A DNA stretch of 64,000 nt from Candidatus Daviesbacteria bacterium. Lineage in GTDB: Bacteria; Patescibacteriota; Microgenomatia; Daviesbacterales; UBA10151. Of this stretch, positions 8,980-18,274 are shown in pieces. Where the stretch lies: assembly GCA_016184225.1 (NCBI GenBank), contig JACPDA010000004.1, forward strand, positions 409,671 through 473,670, written 5' to 3'. A program made the translations under genes and the position numbers. Each line of letters begins with the position of its first letter. The stretch's first letter is position 1. The notes beneath the pieces were generated by a model. It ran no database searches. It saw nothing but the letters and a program-made list of their open reading frames with translations, and was not told the origin of the DNA.

Positions 8980-10103
8980 ATATATTAATTTTTTCCTGGA
9001 GAGGGCCCGGTCATCCAAATGCCGGGGGGGCAGAAATTTCTACCCATGAACATGCAAAAGGATGGGTTAAAGCAGGCCATCAGGTTACCTTATTTACCTC
9101 TTATTACCATGGGGCAAAAAGGGAAGAAAAAATAGACGGAGTAACCATCATAAGGGAAGGACGTCAATTTATAGAAGTTCAACTAAAAGCTTTTAAGTGG
9201 TTTTTATTTGCAAAGCACCCTGAATTTGATCTGGTTGTTGATGAATTCCATGGAATTCCCTTTTTTACGCCGCTCTATGTAAGAGATAAGAAACTTGCCT
9301 TTATTCACGAGGTAACCGGGGAGGTATGGGGATTAAATCCCTGGAGCCGCCCTTTTAACCTGATACCTAAAGTATTAGGTCCTATCTTTGAACCGCTAAT
9401 TTTTAAACTGTTTTATAAAAAGATTCCGTTTATGACGGTTTCAGAATCTACCAAAAAAGACCTGATTAATTTCGGGATACCTGGAAAATGCATCACCGTT
9501 ATCAATAACGGATTCGATAAGTATAATACAGAAAATAATTTGTCTAAAGAAAAGAAAAAAACAGTTATTTTTCTGGGAGCCTTAGCAAAAGATAAGGGTA
9601 TAGAAGAAGCCTTAAAAACTTTTTCTATTTTAAGCCGATCAGGAGGTAACTTTCAGTTTTGGATAGTTGGTAAATCTGATCCGAAATATTTACAATTTTT
9701 GAAAAGACAAAGTCATAGATTAAACATAAATACAAAAGTAAGGTTTTGGGGGTTTGTCTCGCAAAAGGAAAAGTTCAGACTCCTCAAAAGATCCCATGTT
9801 CTAATTCATCCTGCTATTCGGGAGGGGTGGGGGCTGGTAGTGATAGAAGCGGCAAGTGTAGGAACCCCGACTGTGGCATTTAATGTACCCGGTCTTCGCG
9901 ATTCCGTCATTCATGATAAAACCGGAATCATTTGTAAAGATCAATCCCCGGAGTCATTAGCGAAAGCGATAATTAACCTTTTGCAAGGCAGTGTAAAATA
10001 TAAGGAGATGAGTCGAAGTGCGATTTCCTGGAGCAAAAACTTCTCTTGGGAAAAAGCTACGAAATCAAGTTTGAAATTAATTGAAGAAGTGGTAAACTAC
10101 TGA
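8976..10103 (+). CDS. GT4 (GT-B) glycosyltransferase.
   Basis: N-terminal GGAEIST..WVKAGHQVTLFT and C-terminal REGWGLVVIEAASVGTPTVAFNVPGLRD (EX7E). ATGA overlap with the upstream gene. Confidence 0.75.
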   Translation: MNILIFSWRGPGHPNAGGAEISTHEHAKGWVKAGHQVTLFTSYYHGAKREEKIDGVTIIREGRQFIEVQLKAFKWFLFAKHPEFDLVVDEFHGIPFFTPLYVRDKKLAFIHEVTGEVWGLNPWSRPFNLIPKVLGPIFEPLIFKLFYKKIPFMTVSESTKKDLINFGIPGKCITVINNGFDKYNTENNLSKEKKKTVIFLGALAKDKGIEEALKTFSILSRSGGNFQFWIVGKSDPKYLQFLKRQSHRLNINTKVRFWGFVSQKEKFRLLKRSHVLIHPAIREGWGLVVIEAASVGTPTVAFNVPGLRDSVIHDKTGIICKDQSPESLAKAIINLLQGSVKYKEMSRSAISWSKNFSWEKATKSSLKLIEEVVNY

Positions 10104-10105
10104 TA

Positions 10106-11083
10106 ATGAAAAAAACGAAAAAGGTTGTCATTACCGGAGCGGGCGGGTTTGTTGGTCACCATTTGGTTTCTTTTTTGAAAAAGAAGGGTTACTGGGTGCG
10201 CGGAGTTGACATAAAACATCCTGAATATAAATCTACCGATGCAGATGAATTTTTGAAATTGGATTTAAGGGAGAAAAAAAATGCTTTAAAAGCAACAGAG
10301 GGAATGGATCATGTTTACGCCTTGGCAGCTGATATGGGCGGAATGGGTTTTATTTCCAAAAATCATGCAACTATTCTTTATAATAATGCAACTATTAACC
10401 TCAACACCATTGAGGCGGCAAGAATCAATAAAGTCGGTAGGTATTTTTATTCATCTTCAGCATGTATTTATCCGGAATACCGCCAGATCAAATCAAAACT
10501 GAAACCTTTGAAGGAAGAAGATGCTTTTCCGGCACAACCACAAGATGCTTACGGTTGGGAAAAATTAGTAACTGAAATTCTGGCCAAATACTATCATGAG
10601 GAGCATGGTTTAGAGACACGTATTGCCCGTTTCCATAATATCTTTGGCCCATATGGAACATGGGATGGAGGTAGGGAAAAAGCGCCTGCAGCGATCTGCA
10701 GAAAAGTTGCCATAGCAAAGCTAACAGGCAAAAAGGAGATAGAAATTTGGGGAGACGGAAAGCAAACAAGATCTTTTTGTTATATTGATGATTGTTTAAA
10801 CGGCATCTATAAATTGATGATGTCTGACTTTAGAGAGCCACTTAATATCGGTCAGGATAGAATGGTAACAATAGATCAATTAGTAGATATAGTCTCAAAG
10901 ACTGCAGGTGTAAACTTTAAGAAAAAGCATATTCCCGGACCTCAAGGGGTCAGGGGGAGAAATTCAGATAACACAAAGCTTCGCGAGACCCTGAAATGGG
11001 AACCTGAAATTTCTTTGGAAGAGGGGCTTGCAAGAACCTATCAGTGGATAGAAGAGCAGGTAAAAACTAAAAACAAAAATTAA
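10106..11083 (+). CDS. GDP-mannose 3,5-epimerase (GME)-like NAD-dependent epimerase.
   Basis: Extended SDR with the GAGGFVGHH Rossmann motif. Long colinear similarity to plant GME: SSSACIYPE, AQPQDAYGWEKLVTE, RIARFHNIFGPYGTWDGGREKAPAA, GDGKQTRSFCYIDDC, SDFREPLNIG and HIPGPQGVRGRNSDN all match GME signature blocks as I recall them. Confidence 0.75.
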   Translation: MKKTKKVVITGAGGFVGHHLVSFLKKKGYWVRGVDIKHPEYKSTDADEFLKLDLREKKNALKATEGMDHVYALAADMGGMGFISKNHATILYNNATINLNTIEAARINKVGRYFYSSSACIYPEYRQIKSKLKPLKEEDAFPAQPQDAYGWEKLVTEILAKYYHEEHGLETRIARFHNIFGPYGTWDGGREKAPAAICRKVAIAKLTGKKEIEIWGDGKQTRSFCYIDDCLNGIYKLMMSDFREPLNIGQDRMVTIDQLVDIVSKTAGVNFKKKHIPGPQGVRGRNSDNTKLRETLKWEPEISLEEGLARTYQWIEEQVKTKNKN

Positions 11084-13404
11084 TGCTTCTGTTTTTATTT
11101 TATCTTATTCCTATTTTACTCTCAGGAATAATTCTCCTTCGAAAGATCAGTACGATAAATAGATTTGAATTATTAATTCCGGCAGGAAGTATTTTGGGTT
11201 TTGCAATATTTACCTTTTCTTTAAACCTTGTCTCGTTTTTACTAAAAGGACCGATTGGGATCATAACTGCTTACCTTTTAGTAATTAGCCTAGGATTTAC
11301 GGCATTTAAGTCTGTCAGATCAGAAACTTGGCATGTTGATTTCCCCAGAGGCAAACAGTTAACCTTTTGGCTCCTCAGTATTTTAGTTTGGGGGCTTTTT
11401 ATATATTGGAAGTCAGCCTATGCGCTTATAGGAAGCGATACCAATCTTTATTACGGCATTGCCCATTCTTTTATAAAAGGGAATTTTCCCTTTCTAACAC
11501 CCTGGCAGCCGGATATTCCGTTAGCATACCATGCTGGAGCGCCGGAACTGCTGGGCGCATTTTATTATTTTTCTAATTTAGATTTTCAGTTTTTGCATTT
11601 ATTCTTTTCGGGTCTTTTTATTTTCTTTGCTGCGCAGATAATTATTTGGATCATTCAAAGGCATGAGACGGTAGCTAGTTTCTTATTGGCCAACCTTGCG
11701 GCTACAGTAACTTTCGTTAGCTTTGGTTTTATTTATATAACTTGGCCTGTTTTTCCAATACAATTATCTGAGTTAGGAAGCGTTAATCAGTTAGTTTTAT
11801 GGCTGAGGAATCTTCCGACTGTAGCTTCCGCAATTGAAGTATATGGTGCGCCTATTAATCTGGATGCTTTAATTTATTTTATCTTCCATGCTTATGGGCT
11901 GGTAATCTTTTTGTCTTTGTTGGTATTACTGTTGTACAACAGAAAAGATAAACCCTTAATGGGATGGGTTTTGATTTGTACTGGTTTAGCTTCCTTAGCA
12001 TTGGTTAATGAATCTATGTTTATGGCAGCTTTTCCTGCTTTAGTTGGGGGAATATTTTTAACCGAACTGAGAGAAAAAAGGGTGTTAAAAAGTTTAAGAG
12101 TTTTAACCCTGCTTTTAGTATTGACTATTCTTGTGGTCTTTTTCCAGGGAGGCATTATCTCTGCTTCGCTAAGCAATCCCCGAGGCATACAAAGATCTAC
12201 CGTAATATTCCCCAAAAAGGAAGATGTTAAAGAAGATTTTAGAAGCTATCATTTAGGTCAGATATCATCCAAGTTATTGCCTGATAAACTAGAGTGGTTG
12301 CCCTTAAGATGGTTTCATCCGGGAGCTTATTTTTTACTGGTATTTTCTGTGGTGGCAATTATTATAGCCAGAAGTAAGCCTTATTCAGTCTTGCTAAAAG
12401 CTTTATTTATAGCAGGTATTTTTTCCTTAATAGCATATAATGCTATAGTCCCCAAATTTTTAGTTGCCAACGGAAACAGGTTTTTATCTACCTCGTTTTT
12501 ATTTTTTTCTTTGATTTTGTGTATATCATTAATTCCGCTTTTTGAAAAAATTAAAAGTTTAGTTAAGAAGATACTATTTTTCTTGCTTTTAGGGTGGGTT
12601 TTTATCCCCACGATTTTGCCGCCTCTGGCACTTCTTACAAAACAAAGGTTTGGCGAGAATAAATTAATTCCTAAATACCAACAAAGTAGTGACGGGATAT
12701 CATGGCTTAAAAGGAATGTAAATTTAAGTGAAAGGGTACTAGTGTTGGATAAAAACTCTCCCCATCCCAGCGGCCAAGAGAGGGCTTTAGTAGAAGCAGG
12801 AGCATTTGCGCCCCTATTTTCCGGAAATTTCAGAGCTTTTACAATTGAAGCTTCTCCCGAATATGTTGATATTGCTTATAGCTTAAGTCCAAATAGTCTG
12901 AAAAAACTGAAAGTAAATATCCTGCTGGTGGATAATATCTTTTTTGAATCCTTGCCCGAAAGGAGAAAGCAGCAACTGCAAGATGAAACATATTTCGAAA
13001 AGGTTTTCGATAATTCAAAACCTAGCAATTGGGAAAAAATTTACAGAATTAAAGATAAATATCTAGAAAGTGGCGGTGAGTTGGATGGCACCCTTGAGCA
13101 ATTATTACGAGTTTTACCCACTCGAGGAAAAATATATATTGATAATGAGAAAAATTTCAACCCTTCCTTTTTAAGGAGGCCGCTTATTTTCAGTTTAAGA
13201 GATAGAGATATCTATTACTTACCTCAGTCAGGCGTTTATCTGAATGTCGAGGCGAATATAAATTCTCACCCTCCAAGAAAGGAAAGAGATTATGATTATT
13301 TAATTTTAGGGAAAAATACAAATCCGGAAGAAGAATGCAACTGCCAAACTAAACTTTTATGGCAGGGAATTAGGAATGAGATTTATGTTTGGAGAAAGAT
13401 TTAA
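11083..13404 (+). CDS. Large polytopic membrane protein (773 aa) with a C-terminal soluble domain. Function unknown, possibly a glycan-processing membrane enzyme.
   Basis: About 14 hydrophobic segments in the first 520 aa followed by a hydrophilic C-terminal domain of about 250 aa. No recognisable catalytic motif. Confidence 0.45.
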   Translation: MLLFLFYLIPILLSGIILLRKISTINRFELLIPAGSILGFAIFTFSLNLVSFLLKGPIGIITAYLLVISLGFTAFKSVRSETWHVDFPRGKQLTFWLLSILVWGLFIYWKSAYALIGSDTNLYYGIAHSFIKGNFPFLTPWQPDIPLAYHAGAPELLGAFYYFSNLDFQFLHLFFSGLFIFFAAQIIIWIIQRHETVASFLLANLAATVTFVSFGFIYITWPVFPIQLSELGSVNQLVLWLRNLPTVASAIEVYGAPINLDALIYFIFHAYGLVIFLSLLVLLLYNRKDKPLMGWVLICTGLASLALVNESMFMAAFPALVGGIFLTELREKRVLKSLRVLTLLLVLTILVVFFQGGIISASLSNPRGIQRSTVIFPKKEDVKEDFRSYHLGQISSKLLPDKLEWLPLRWFHPGAYFLLVFSVVAIIIARSKPYSVLLKALFIAGIFSLIAYNAIVPKFLVANGNRFLSTSFLFFSLILCISLIPLFEKIKSLVKKILFFLLLGWVFIPTILPPLALLTKQRFGENKLIPKYQQSSDGISWLKRNVNLSERVLVLDKNSPHPSGQERALVEAGAFAPLFSGNFRAFTIEASPEYVDIAYSLSPNSLKKLKVNILLVDNIFFESLPERRKQQLQDETYFEKVFDNSKPSNWEKIYRIKDKYLESGGELDGTLEQLLRVLPTRGKIYIDNEKNFNPSFLRRPLIFSLRDRDIYYLPQSGVYLNVEANINSHPPRKERDYDYLILGKNTNPEEECNCQTKLLWQGIRNEIYVWRKI

Positions 13405-14131
13405 GGCTTAAGGTATGGAATTTCGGTAAGTCACTAAAGTATACTTTTGTTACCGCCTTTAGAACATTAAACCCGTCCTGGAGGGCTCTTATACCCGATG
13501 CTCCACCCACTCTTTTTGTATAAGTAATAGGGATTTGTACAAGATTCATATCCATCTTGACAGCCTTTACAACAGTCTCGGCTTCATATTCAAAATGCCT
13601 TTCCCTTAAGTCCAAAGTCAAAAATGCCTCTTTCCTGAATCCCTTAAAGCCGGCCATTACATCAGTGATTTTTCTGCCGCAAGCAAGCGATGTGGCGAAA
13701 GACATTGCCCAGTTACCAAACAGGTTGCGAAAACTAACAGAACCTTTCTCTATTTTTCCTTCTCCTTGGAATCTGGTCCCGATTACCACATCCGCCCCTT
13801 TATCTAAGGCGTCAACAAAAAGAGGTATCTCATGCGGTTGAAATTGATGGTCAGTATCAATTTGAATGATATAATCACCTGTGGCTAGGAGTCCTCCCGC
13901 CCAAAAATCCGCTCCTTTACCCCGCTTGAAGGGAAACCGGATTATCTTGTCCACGCGCATTTTCTTGGCTATTTCTATAGTTTTATCTTTTGATGCGGCA
14001 TCAACAACGATAATCTCTATGGGAAAAAATTTCCTTAACTTCTGGCAATCCTTAATTGTTCTGCCAATATTTTTTTCCTCATTGTAAGAGGTAAGAATAA
14101 TACTGACTAACTTTTTGCTTTTCTTGTTCAT
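13370..14131 (-). CDS. GT2 glycosyltransferase, DPM1-like polyprenol-phosphate mannosyl/glucosyltransferase.
   Basis: LVSIILTSYNEEKNI...IIVVDAASKDKT...IQIDTDHQ...ITDVMAGFKGF motifs typical of Dpm1/PpmC-like GT2. Confidence 0.75.
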   Translation of the reverse strand: MNKKSKKLVSIILTSYNEEKNIGRTIKDCQKLRKFFPIEIIVVDAASKDKTIEIAKKMRVDKIIRFPFKRGKGADFWAGGLLATGDYIIQIDTDHQFQPHEIPLFVDALDKGADVVIGTRFQGEGKIEKGSVSFRNLFGNWAMSFATSLACGRKITDVMAGFKGFRKEAFLTLDLRERHFEYEAETVVKAVKMDMNLVQIPITYTKRVGGASGIRALQDGFNVLKAVTKVYFSDLPKFHTLSLKSFSKHKSHS

Positions 14132-14216
14132 CCGGAGGCCAGAATATCCTAATAAAAAATAAATGTCAACCTTGAATTAATAATCCAAGTGTAGTAGGAT
14201 CCAATAATAGAAAAAT
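14132..14216. promoter_or_regulatory. Divergent intergenic region with a sigma70-like element TTGAAT-17nt-TAGGAT upstream of the dehydrogenase gene.
   Basis: ttgaattaataatccaagtgtagtaggat precedes the ATG at 14217 by about 20 nt. AT-rich. This is the only non-coding gap between two divergent operons. Confidence 0.3.
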
Positions 14217-15554
14217 ATGGATAGCAGTAAGATTGCGATTTTTGGGGTAGGGAGAGTAGGACTACCTTTAGCGTTGGTGTTAGCGGATAAAGGTTTTCGG
14301 GTAACCGGAATAGACGTAGATCCTTATAGAGTTAATCTCCTGAAACATAAGATCATGCCATTTTTAGAAGAAGATGCAGAGCCTCTTTTGGATAAACACA
14401 GCGGTAAGAATTTCCAGGTTTTTTCTCAAGAACATATTGACAGAATAGTTTCAGAGAATGCTATTATTATTTTTACTTTGGGTACTCCGATAGACGATAC
14501 TTATAGTCCCAATTTTTCGGATATAGAAAAATTAATTAGGAGGATCTCGCCGGTTATTAAGTCCGGACATACGATAATATTACGGAGTACGGTTTCTCCC
14601 GGGGCCACAGAACAATTGGCCAGGCAACTGGAGGAACAAACAAAGCTGGTACTGGGTGAAAGCTTATTTTTAGCCTACTGTCCTGAGAGAATAGCAGAAG
14701 GTAAATCCGTTGCAGAATTGGTTCAAATCCCGCAAATAATAGGTACTTTAGAGGCAGGTAGCGCGAAAAAAGCAGCGGAGGTATTTGAGAAAATTGCCCC
14801 ATCGGTTTTATTTACTAATCCCAGATCGGCAGAACTGGCAAAACTATTTTGCAATATGTACAGGTATATTGATTTTGCAATCGGGAATGAATTTATGATG
14901 ATCGCTGAAAGCTACGGTGCGGATATTTATGAAGTTTTGAATCTGGTTAATAAAGACTATAAAAGGGGTAACTTAAAATCACCGGGATTTACTGCCGGGC
15001 CTTGTTTAGTGAAAGACGGATTTTTTCTGATTGATAAAAGCCCGTATATGGAATTGGTAACTGCGGCATGGAGACTGAATGAAAATATCCCGGGTTATCT
15101 TTTGTCACGAGTAAAAGCAGAAATTAAAAATTTGCATAAGAAAAATGTCGCCATTTTAGGATTGGCTTTCAAAAAAAACATAGATGATACACGTTATTCC
15201 CTTTCCCCAAAACTGCAAAGATATTTTTTGGCAGAAGGAGCTAAAGTTTCTGTCCATGACCCTTTAATCGACTCGGAGCCGCTTGAAGATGCCATAAAGG
15301 GAGCCGAAATTTTAATTGTAGGTATAAACCATGATGCATTCAGCAAAATCAGTCTGGAATATCTTGGTAATTCGGTATCGCCTGATTGCCTGATTGTAGA
15401 TATCTGGAATATGTTTGGAACCGGTAAAATTGTTTTTTATCTTAAAGATGTTTTGGCAGTTAAGGAGAAACTTAAAGCAAGAGGCAACGGAGAATTAAAA
15501 GTACTCGGCAAAAAGAGCCCGCCTCAGCGAAAGTTATCTTTCCCCCAAGCATGA
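14217..15554 (+). CDS. Nucleotide-sugar dehydrogenase (UDP-glucose/GDP-mannose dehydrogenase family).
   Basis: IAIFGVGRVGLPLALVLADKGFRVTGIDVD Rossmann N-terminus, a central catalytic region containing GPCL, and a C-terminal UDP-binding domain. Confidence 0.75.
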   Translation: MDSSKIAIFGVGRVGLPLALVLADKGFRVTGIDVDPYRVNLLKHKIMPFLEEDAEPLLDKHSGKNFQVFSQEHIDRIVSENAIIIFTLGTPIDDTYSPNFSDIEKLIRRISPVIKSGHTIILRSTVSPGATEQLARQLEEQTKLVLGESLFLAYCPERIAEGKSVAELVQIPQIIGTLEAGSAKKAAEVFEKIAPSVLFTNPRSAELAKLFCNMYRYIDFAIGNEFMMIAESYGADIYEVLNLVNKDYKRGNLKSPGFTAGPCLVKDGFFLIDKSPYMELVTAAWRLNENIPGYLLSRVKAEIKNLHKKNVAILGLAFKKNIDDTRYSLSPKLQRYFLAEGAKVSVHDPLIDSEPLEDAIKGAEILIVGINHDAFSKISLEYLGNSVSPDCLIVDIWNMFGTGKIVFYLKDVLAVKEKLKARGNGELKVLGKKSPPQRKLSFPQA

Positions 15555-16507
15555 AAAAAATTAAAGTATTAGTTACCGGCGGTGCCGGTTTCATTGGTAG
15601 TGAGGTTGTTAAACAGCTCCTGGAGAAAGGTTACAGCGTCAGGGTGGCGGATGACTTGTCTAAATTAGAAGCAAAGGTTCCCAGATCCTGCGAATTTCTA
15701 AAGGTGGATTTGACCGACAGAAAAGCAGCTCTTAGTGCCATGGAAGATATTGATTTTTGTATTCATTTGGCAGCTAAAATCGGGGGGATCGGGTACTTTC
15801 ATAAATATCCTGCTACCATACTTTCGGAAAATAATAAGATGTATTCTGCTGTTTTTGAGGCAGCAGTTTCGAAGAAAATAAAAAGGATCATCTATCTTTC
15901 TTCCTCTATGGTTTTTGAATCGACAAACTACTTTCCAAGCAAAGAAAAGGATCTTGTAATTATTCCACCTCCTGTAAGTGCTTATGGTTTCTCTAAACTG
16001 GTAGGCGAGTGGTACTGTCATGCTTTTAAGGATGAGTATGGTTTGAACTATACAATTATCAGGCCCTTTAATGCTTATGGAATAAATGAAGCACCCGGTG
16101 AAGAAGTGGGGTATGCGCATGTGATACCTGATTTAATCAAGAAGATTATTTCCGGACAATACCCGCTGGAACTTTTGGGTAATGGCAGGCAAACAAGATG
16201 TTTTACCCACGTTTCAGATATCGCTAACGGTATTATTCTAGCTATGGAGTCCGCAAAGGCGAAAAATGAAGATTTTAATATCGGATCTGAAAAGGAAATA
16301 AGAATGAGAGATTTGGCAAAGCTGCTTTGGAAAAAATGCTCAATAGATCATCCTTTTAAGGTAAAATATGTAACCGGGTTTAAATATGACATCAAAAGGC
16401 GGGTACCCTCTTCTAAGAAGGCTGCAAAAATTTTAGGTTGGAAACCCAAGAAGGATTTAAGCAAAGAATTGCCCGTGATTGTTGAATGGGTGAGGAATAT
16501 ATTGTAA
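15551..16507 (+). CDS. NAD-dependent nucleotide-sugar epimerase/dehydratase (extended SDR).
   Basis: KVLVTGGAGFIGSEVV glycine motif, SAYGFSK (YxxxK) catalytic motif, ATGA overlap with the dehydrogenase gene. Confidence 0.7.
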   Translation: MKKIKVLVTGGAGFIGSEVVKQLLEKGYSVRVADDLSKLEAKVPRSCEFLKVDLTDRKAALSAMEDIDFCIHLAAKIGGIGYFHKYPATILSENNKMYSAVFEAAVSKKIKRIIYLSSSMVFESTNYFPSKEKDLVIIPPPVSAYGFSKLVGEWYCHAFKDEYGLNYTIIRPFNAYGINEAPGEEVGYAHVIPDLIKKIISGQYPLELLGNGRQTRCFTHVSDIANGIILAMESAKAKNEDFNIGSEKEIRMRDLAKLLWKKCSIDHPFKVKYVTGFKYDIKRRVPSSKKAAKILGWKPKKDLSKELPVIVEWVRNIL

Positions 16508-16522
16508 GATAGATAATTAATC

Positions 16523-17023
16523 ATGAAACTTCTTTCTAAAATAGCAACACTACTTTTATTGCTGGCAACGTTTTTTTTGGCAGGAACAGAATTAATTTAC
16601 GCTCAAAATACTCAAGATTTAAAACTGCCAAATACTATTATCAATCCCGGCTCGTTTTATTATCCTTTTAAACGGCTGATAGAGAAGGGAAGAGAAAGAG
16701 TAATTTTTTCAGCAGAAGGAAAGATTTCTTTTGCTGCCTCTTTGCTGAAAACACGGCTTTCAGAATTGGATTATGTAACTGAGAAAAAAGTATTGTCAGA
16801 GATACAAGGCAGCAGTGAAAGGTTTGCTTATCAGGCGGGAATCTTAACGGAAGAACTTATACAAAGCAAGTCGGAAAAGAAGAAGGCTATTGTTAAGGAA
16901 TTTGAAAAGTATAGTAAGTTTTTGGAACCCTTAAGAGATAGATATCCGGCAAATTCCAGTTTTTGGATGCTGGTCCAACATGATATTAATACTTTAAGTA
17001 TATTAGGTGAGCGTCTTAGGTAG
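16523..17023 (+). CDS. Hypothetical secreted protein.
   Basis: N-terminal signal-peptide-like hydrophobic segment (LLLLATFFLAGTELIYAQN) followed by a hydrophilic charged region. No recognisable domain. Confidence 0.4.
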   Translation: MKLLSKIATLLLLLATFFLAGTELIYAQNTQDLKLPNTIINPGSFYYPFKRLIEKGRERVIFSAEGKISFAASLLKTRLSELDYVTEKKVLSEIQGSSERFAYQAGILTEELIQSKSEKKKAIVKEFEKYSKFLEPLRDRYPANSSFWMLVQHDINTLSILGERLR

Positions 17024-17026
17024 AAT

Positions 17027-18274
17027 ATGTCAGCCAGTCAAAAGGAAGTTTTTCAGCTAGAGGTTTGCAGGGCGTGTGACAGCGATAATCTTTTATTATT
17101 TCTTCAGTTAGGACCAACACCTGTACCTAATGGTTTTTTAAAGGCTCACCACCGCCATCGTGCAGAAAAATTTTATCCTTTGGATGTTTGTTTTTGTAAA
17201 GACTGCGGATTAGTCCAGCTGGCTCATGTTGTATCTCCAAAAGTTATGTTTAAAAATTATGTGTATATTCCTTCAACATCTGAAACTATGAGAACACACT
17301 TTGCTGATTTAGCAAAACAAGCTGTTAAGAAAACAGGTGCAAAAGAAGGGGATTTAGTTTTAGATATCGGCAGTAACGACGGAACCCTTCTTAAGTCGTT
17401 TAGCTCGTTTAAGATGAAAATACTGGGTGTTGATCCTGCAGAAAATCTTGCCAAGAAGGCAAATCAGGAGGGAGTAAAAACAGTATGCGGTTTATTTACT
17501 CTTGATCTGGCTAAGAAAATCAGAAAAGATGAGGGAGAAGCCAGGATTATTACCGGTACTAATGTGGTAGCCCACGTACATGACTTGAATGATTTCCTTG
17601 AGGGTATCAAAGTATTACTTTCAGATGAAGGGTTATTTATCTGCGAATTCCCATACTTAATCGATCTGATTGAGAAGATTGAATTTGATACTATTTATCA
17701 GGAACATCTGTCATATTTTTCAATTACTCCCCTTGAGAAACTCCTGAAAAAACACAAGTTATTCTTGCTGGATGTTCAAAGAATTCCGGTTCATGGGGGT
17801 TCTGTCCGGGTATTTGTTGGCAGAAAGCCCTTAAAGTCAAGCAAACAGGTTAAAAAATTATTGCAACTCGAGAGAAAGAAAGGGATATTAAAGCCCGAGA
17901 CATATCTCAAGTTCAGAAGAAAGGTTGATAAAGTAAGACATGAATTGGTTCAACTTCTCTGGAGTTTGCGGCTGAAAAAGAAACAGATAGTCGGGTATGG
18001 CGCATCTGCAAAAGGAAATATTATTTTAAATTATTGCAGGATTGGGCCAGAAACACTGGATTGTATTGTCGACTCCATTCCTTATAAACAAGGTAAATTT
18101 ACTCCGGGAATGCATATTCCGATTTTTCCCGAAGAGAAGTTATTAAAAGATCAACCTGATTATACTTTGCTTTTGGCTTGGAATTTTGCGGATGAGATAA
18201 TAAAGAAACAATCAGAATACCGTAAACGGGGAGGTAAATTTATACTTGCCCTGCCTAAGCTGACAATTGTGTAG
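17027..18274 (+). CDS. NDP-hexose C-methyltransferase (TylCIII-like): N-terminal zinc-ribbon, class I SAM methyltransferase core, C-terminal C-methyltransferase domain.
   Basis: CxxC...CxxC (CRACDSD...CFCKDCG), LVLDIGSNDGTLL SAM-binding motif, FDTIYQEHLSYFS. Paralogous to the gene at 47753..49033. Confidence 0.65.
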   Translation: MSASQKEVFQLEVCRACDSDNLLLFLQLGPTPVPNGFLKAHHRHRAEKFYPLDVCFCKDCGLVQLAHVVSPKVMFKNYVYIPSTSETMRTHFADLAKQAVKKTGAKEGDLVLDIGSNDGTLLKSFSSFKMKILGVDPAENLAKKANQEGVKTVCGLFTLDLAKKIRKDEGEARIITGTNVVAHVHDLNDFLEGIKVLLSDEGLFICEFPYLIDLIEKIEFDTIYQEHLSYFSITPLEKLLKKHKLFLLDVQRIPVHGGSVRVFVGRKPLKSSKQVKKLLQLERKKGILKPETYLKFRRKVDKVRHELVQLLWSLRLKKKQIVGYGASAKGNIILNYCRIGPETLDCIVDSIPYKQGKFTPGMHIPIFPEEKLLKDQPDYTLLLAWNFADEIIKKQSEYRKRGGKFILALPKLTIV

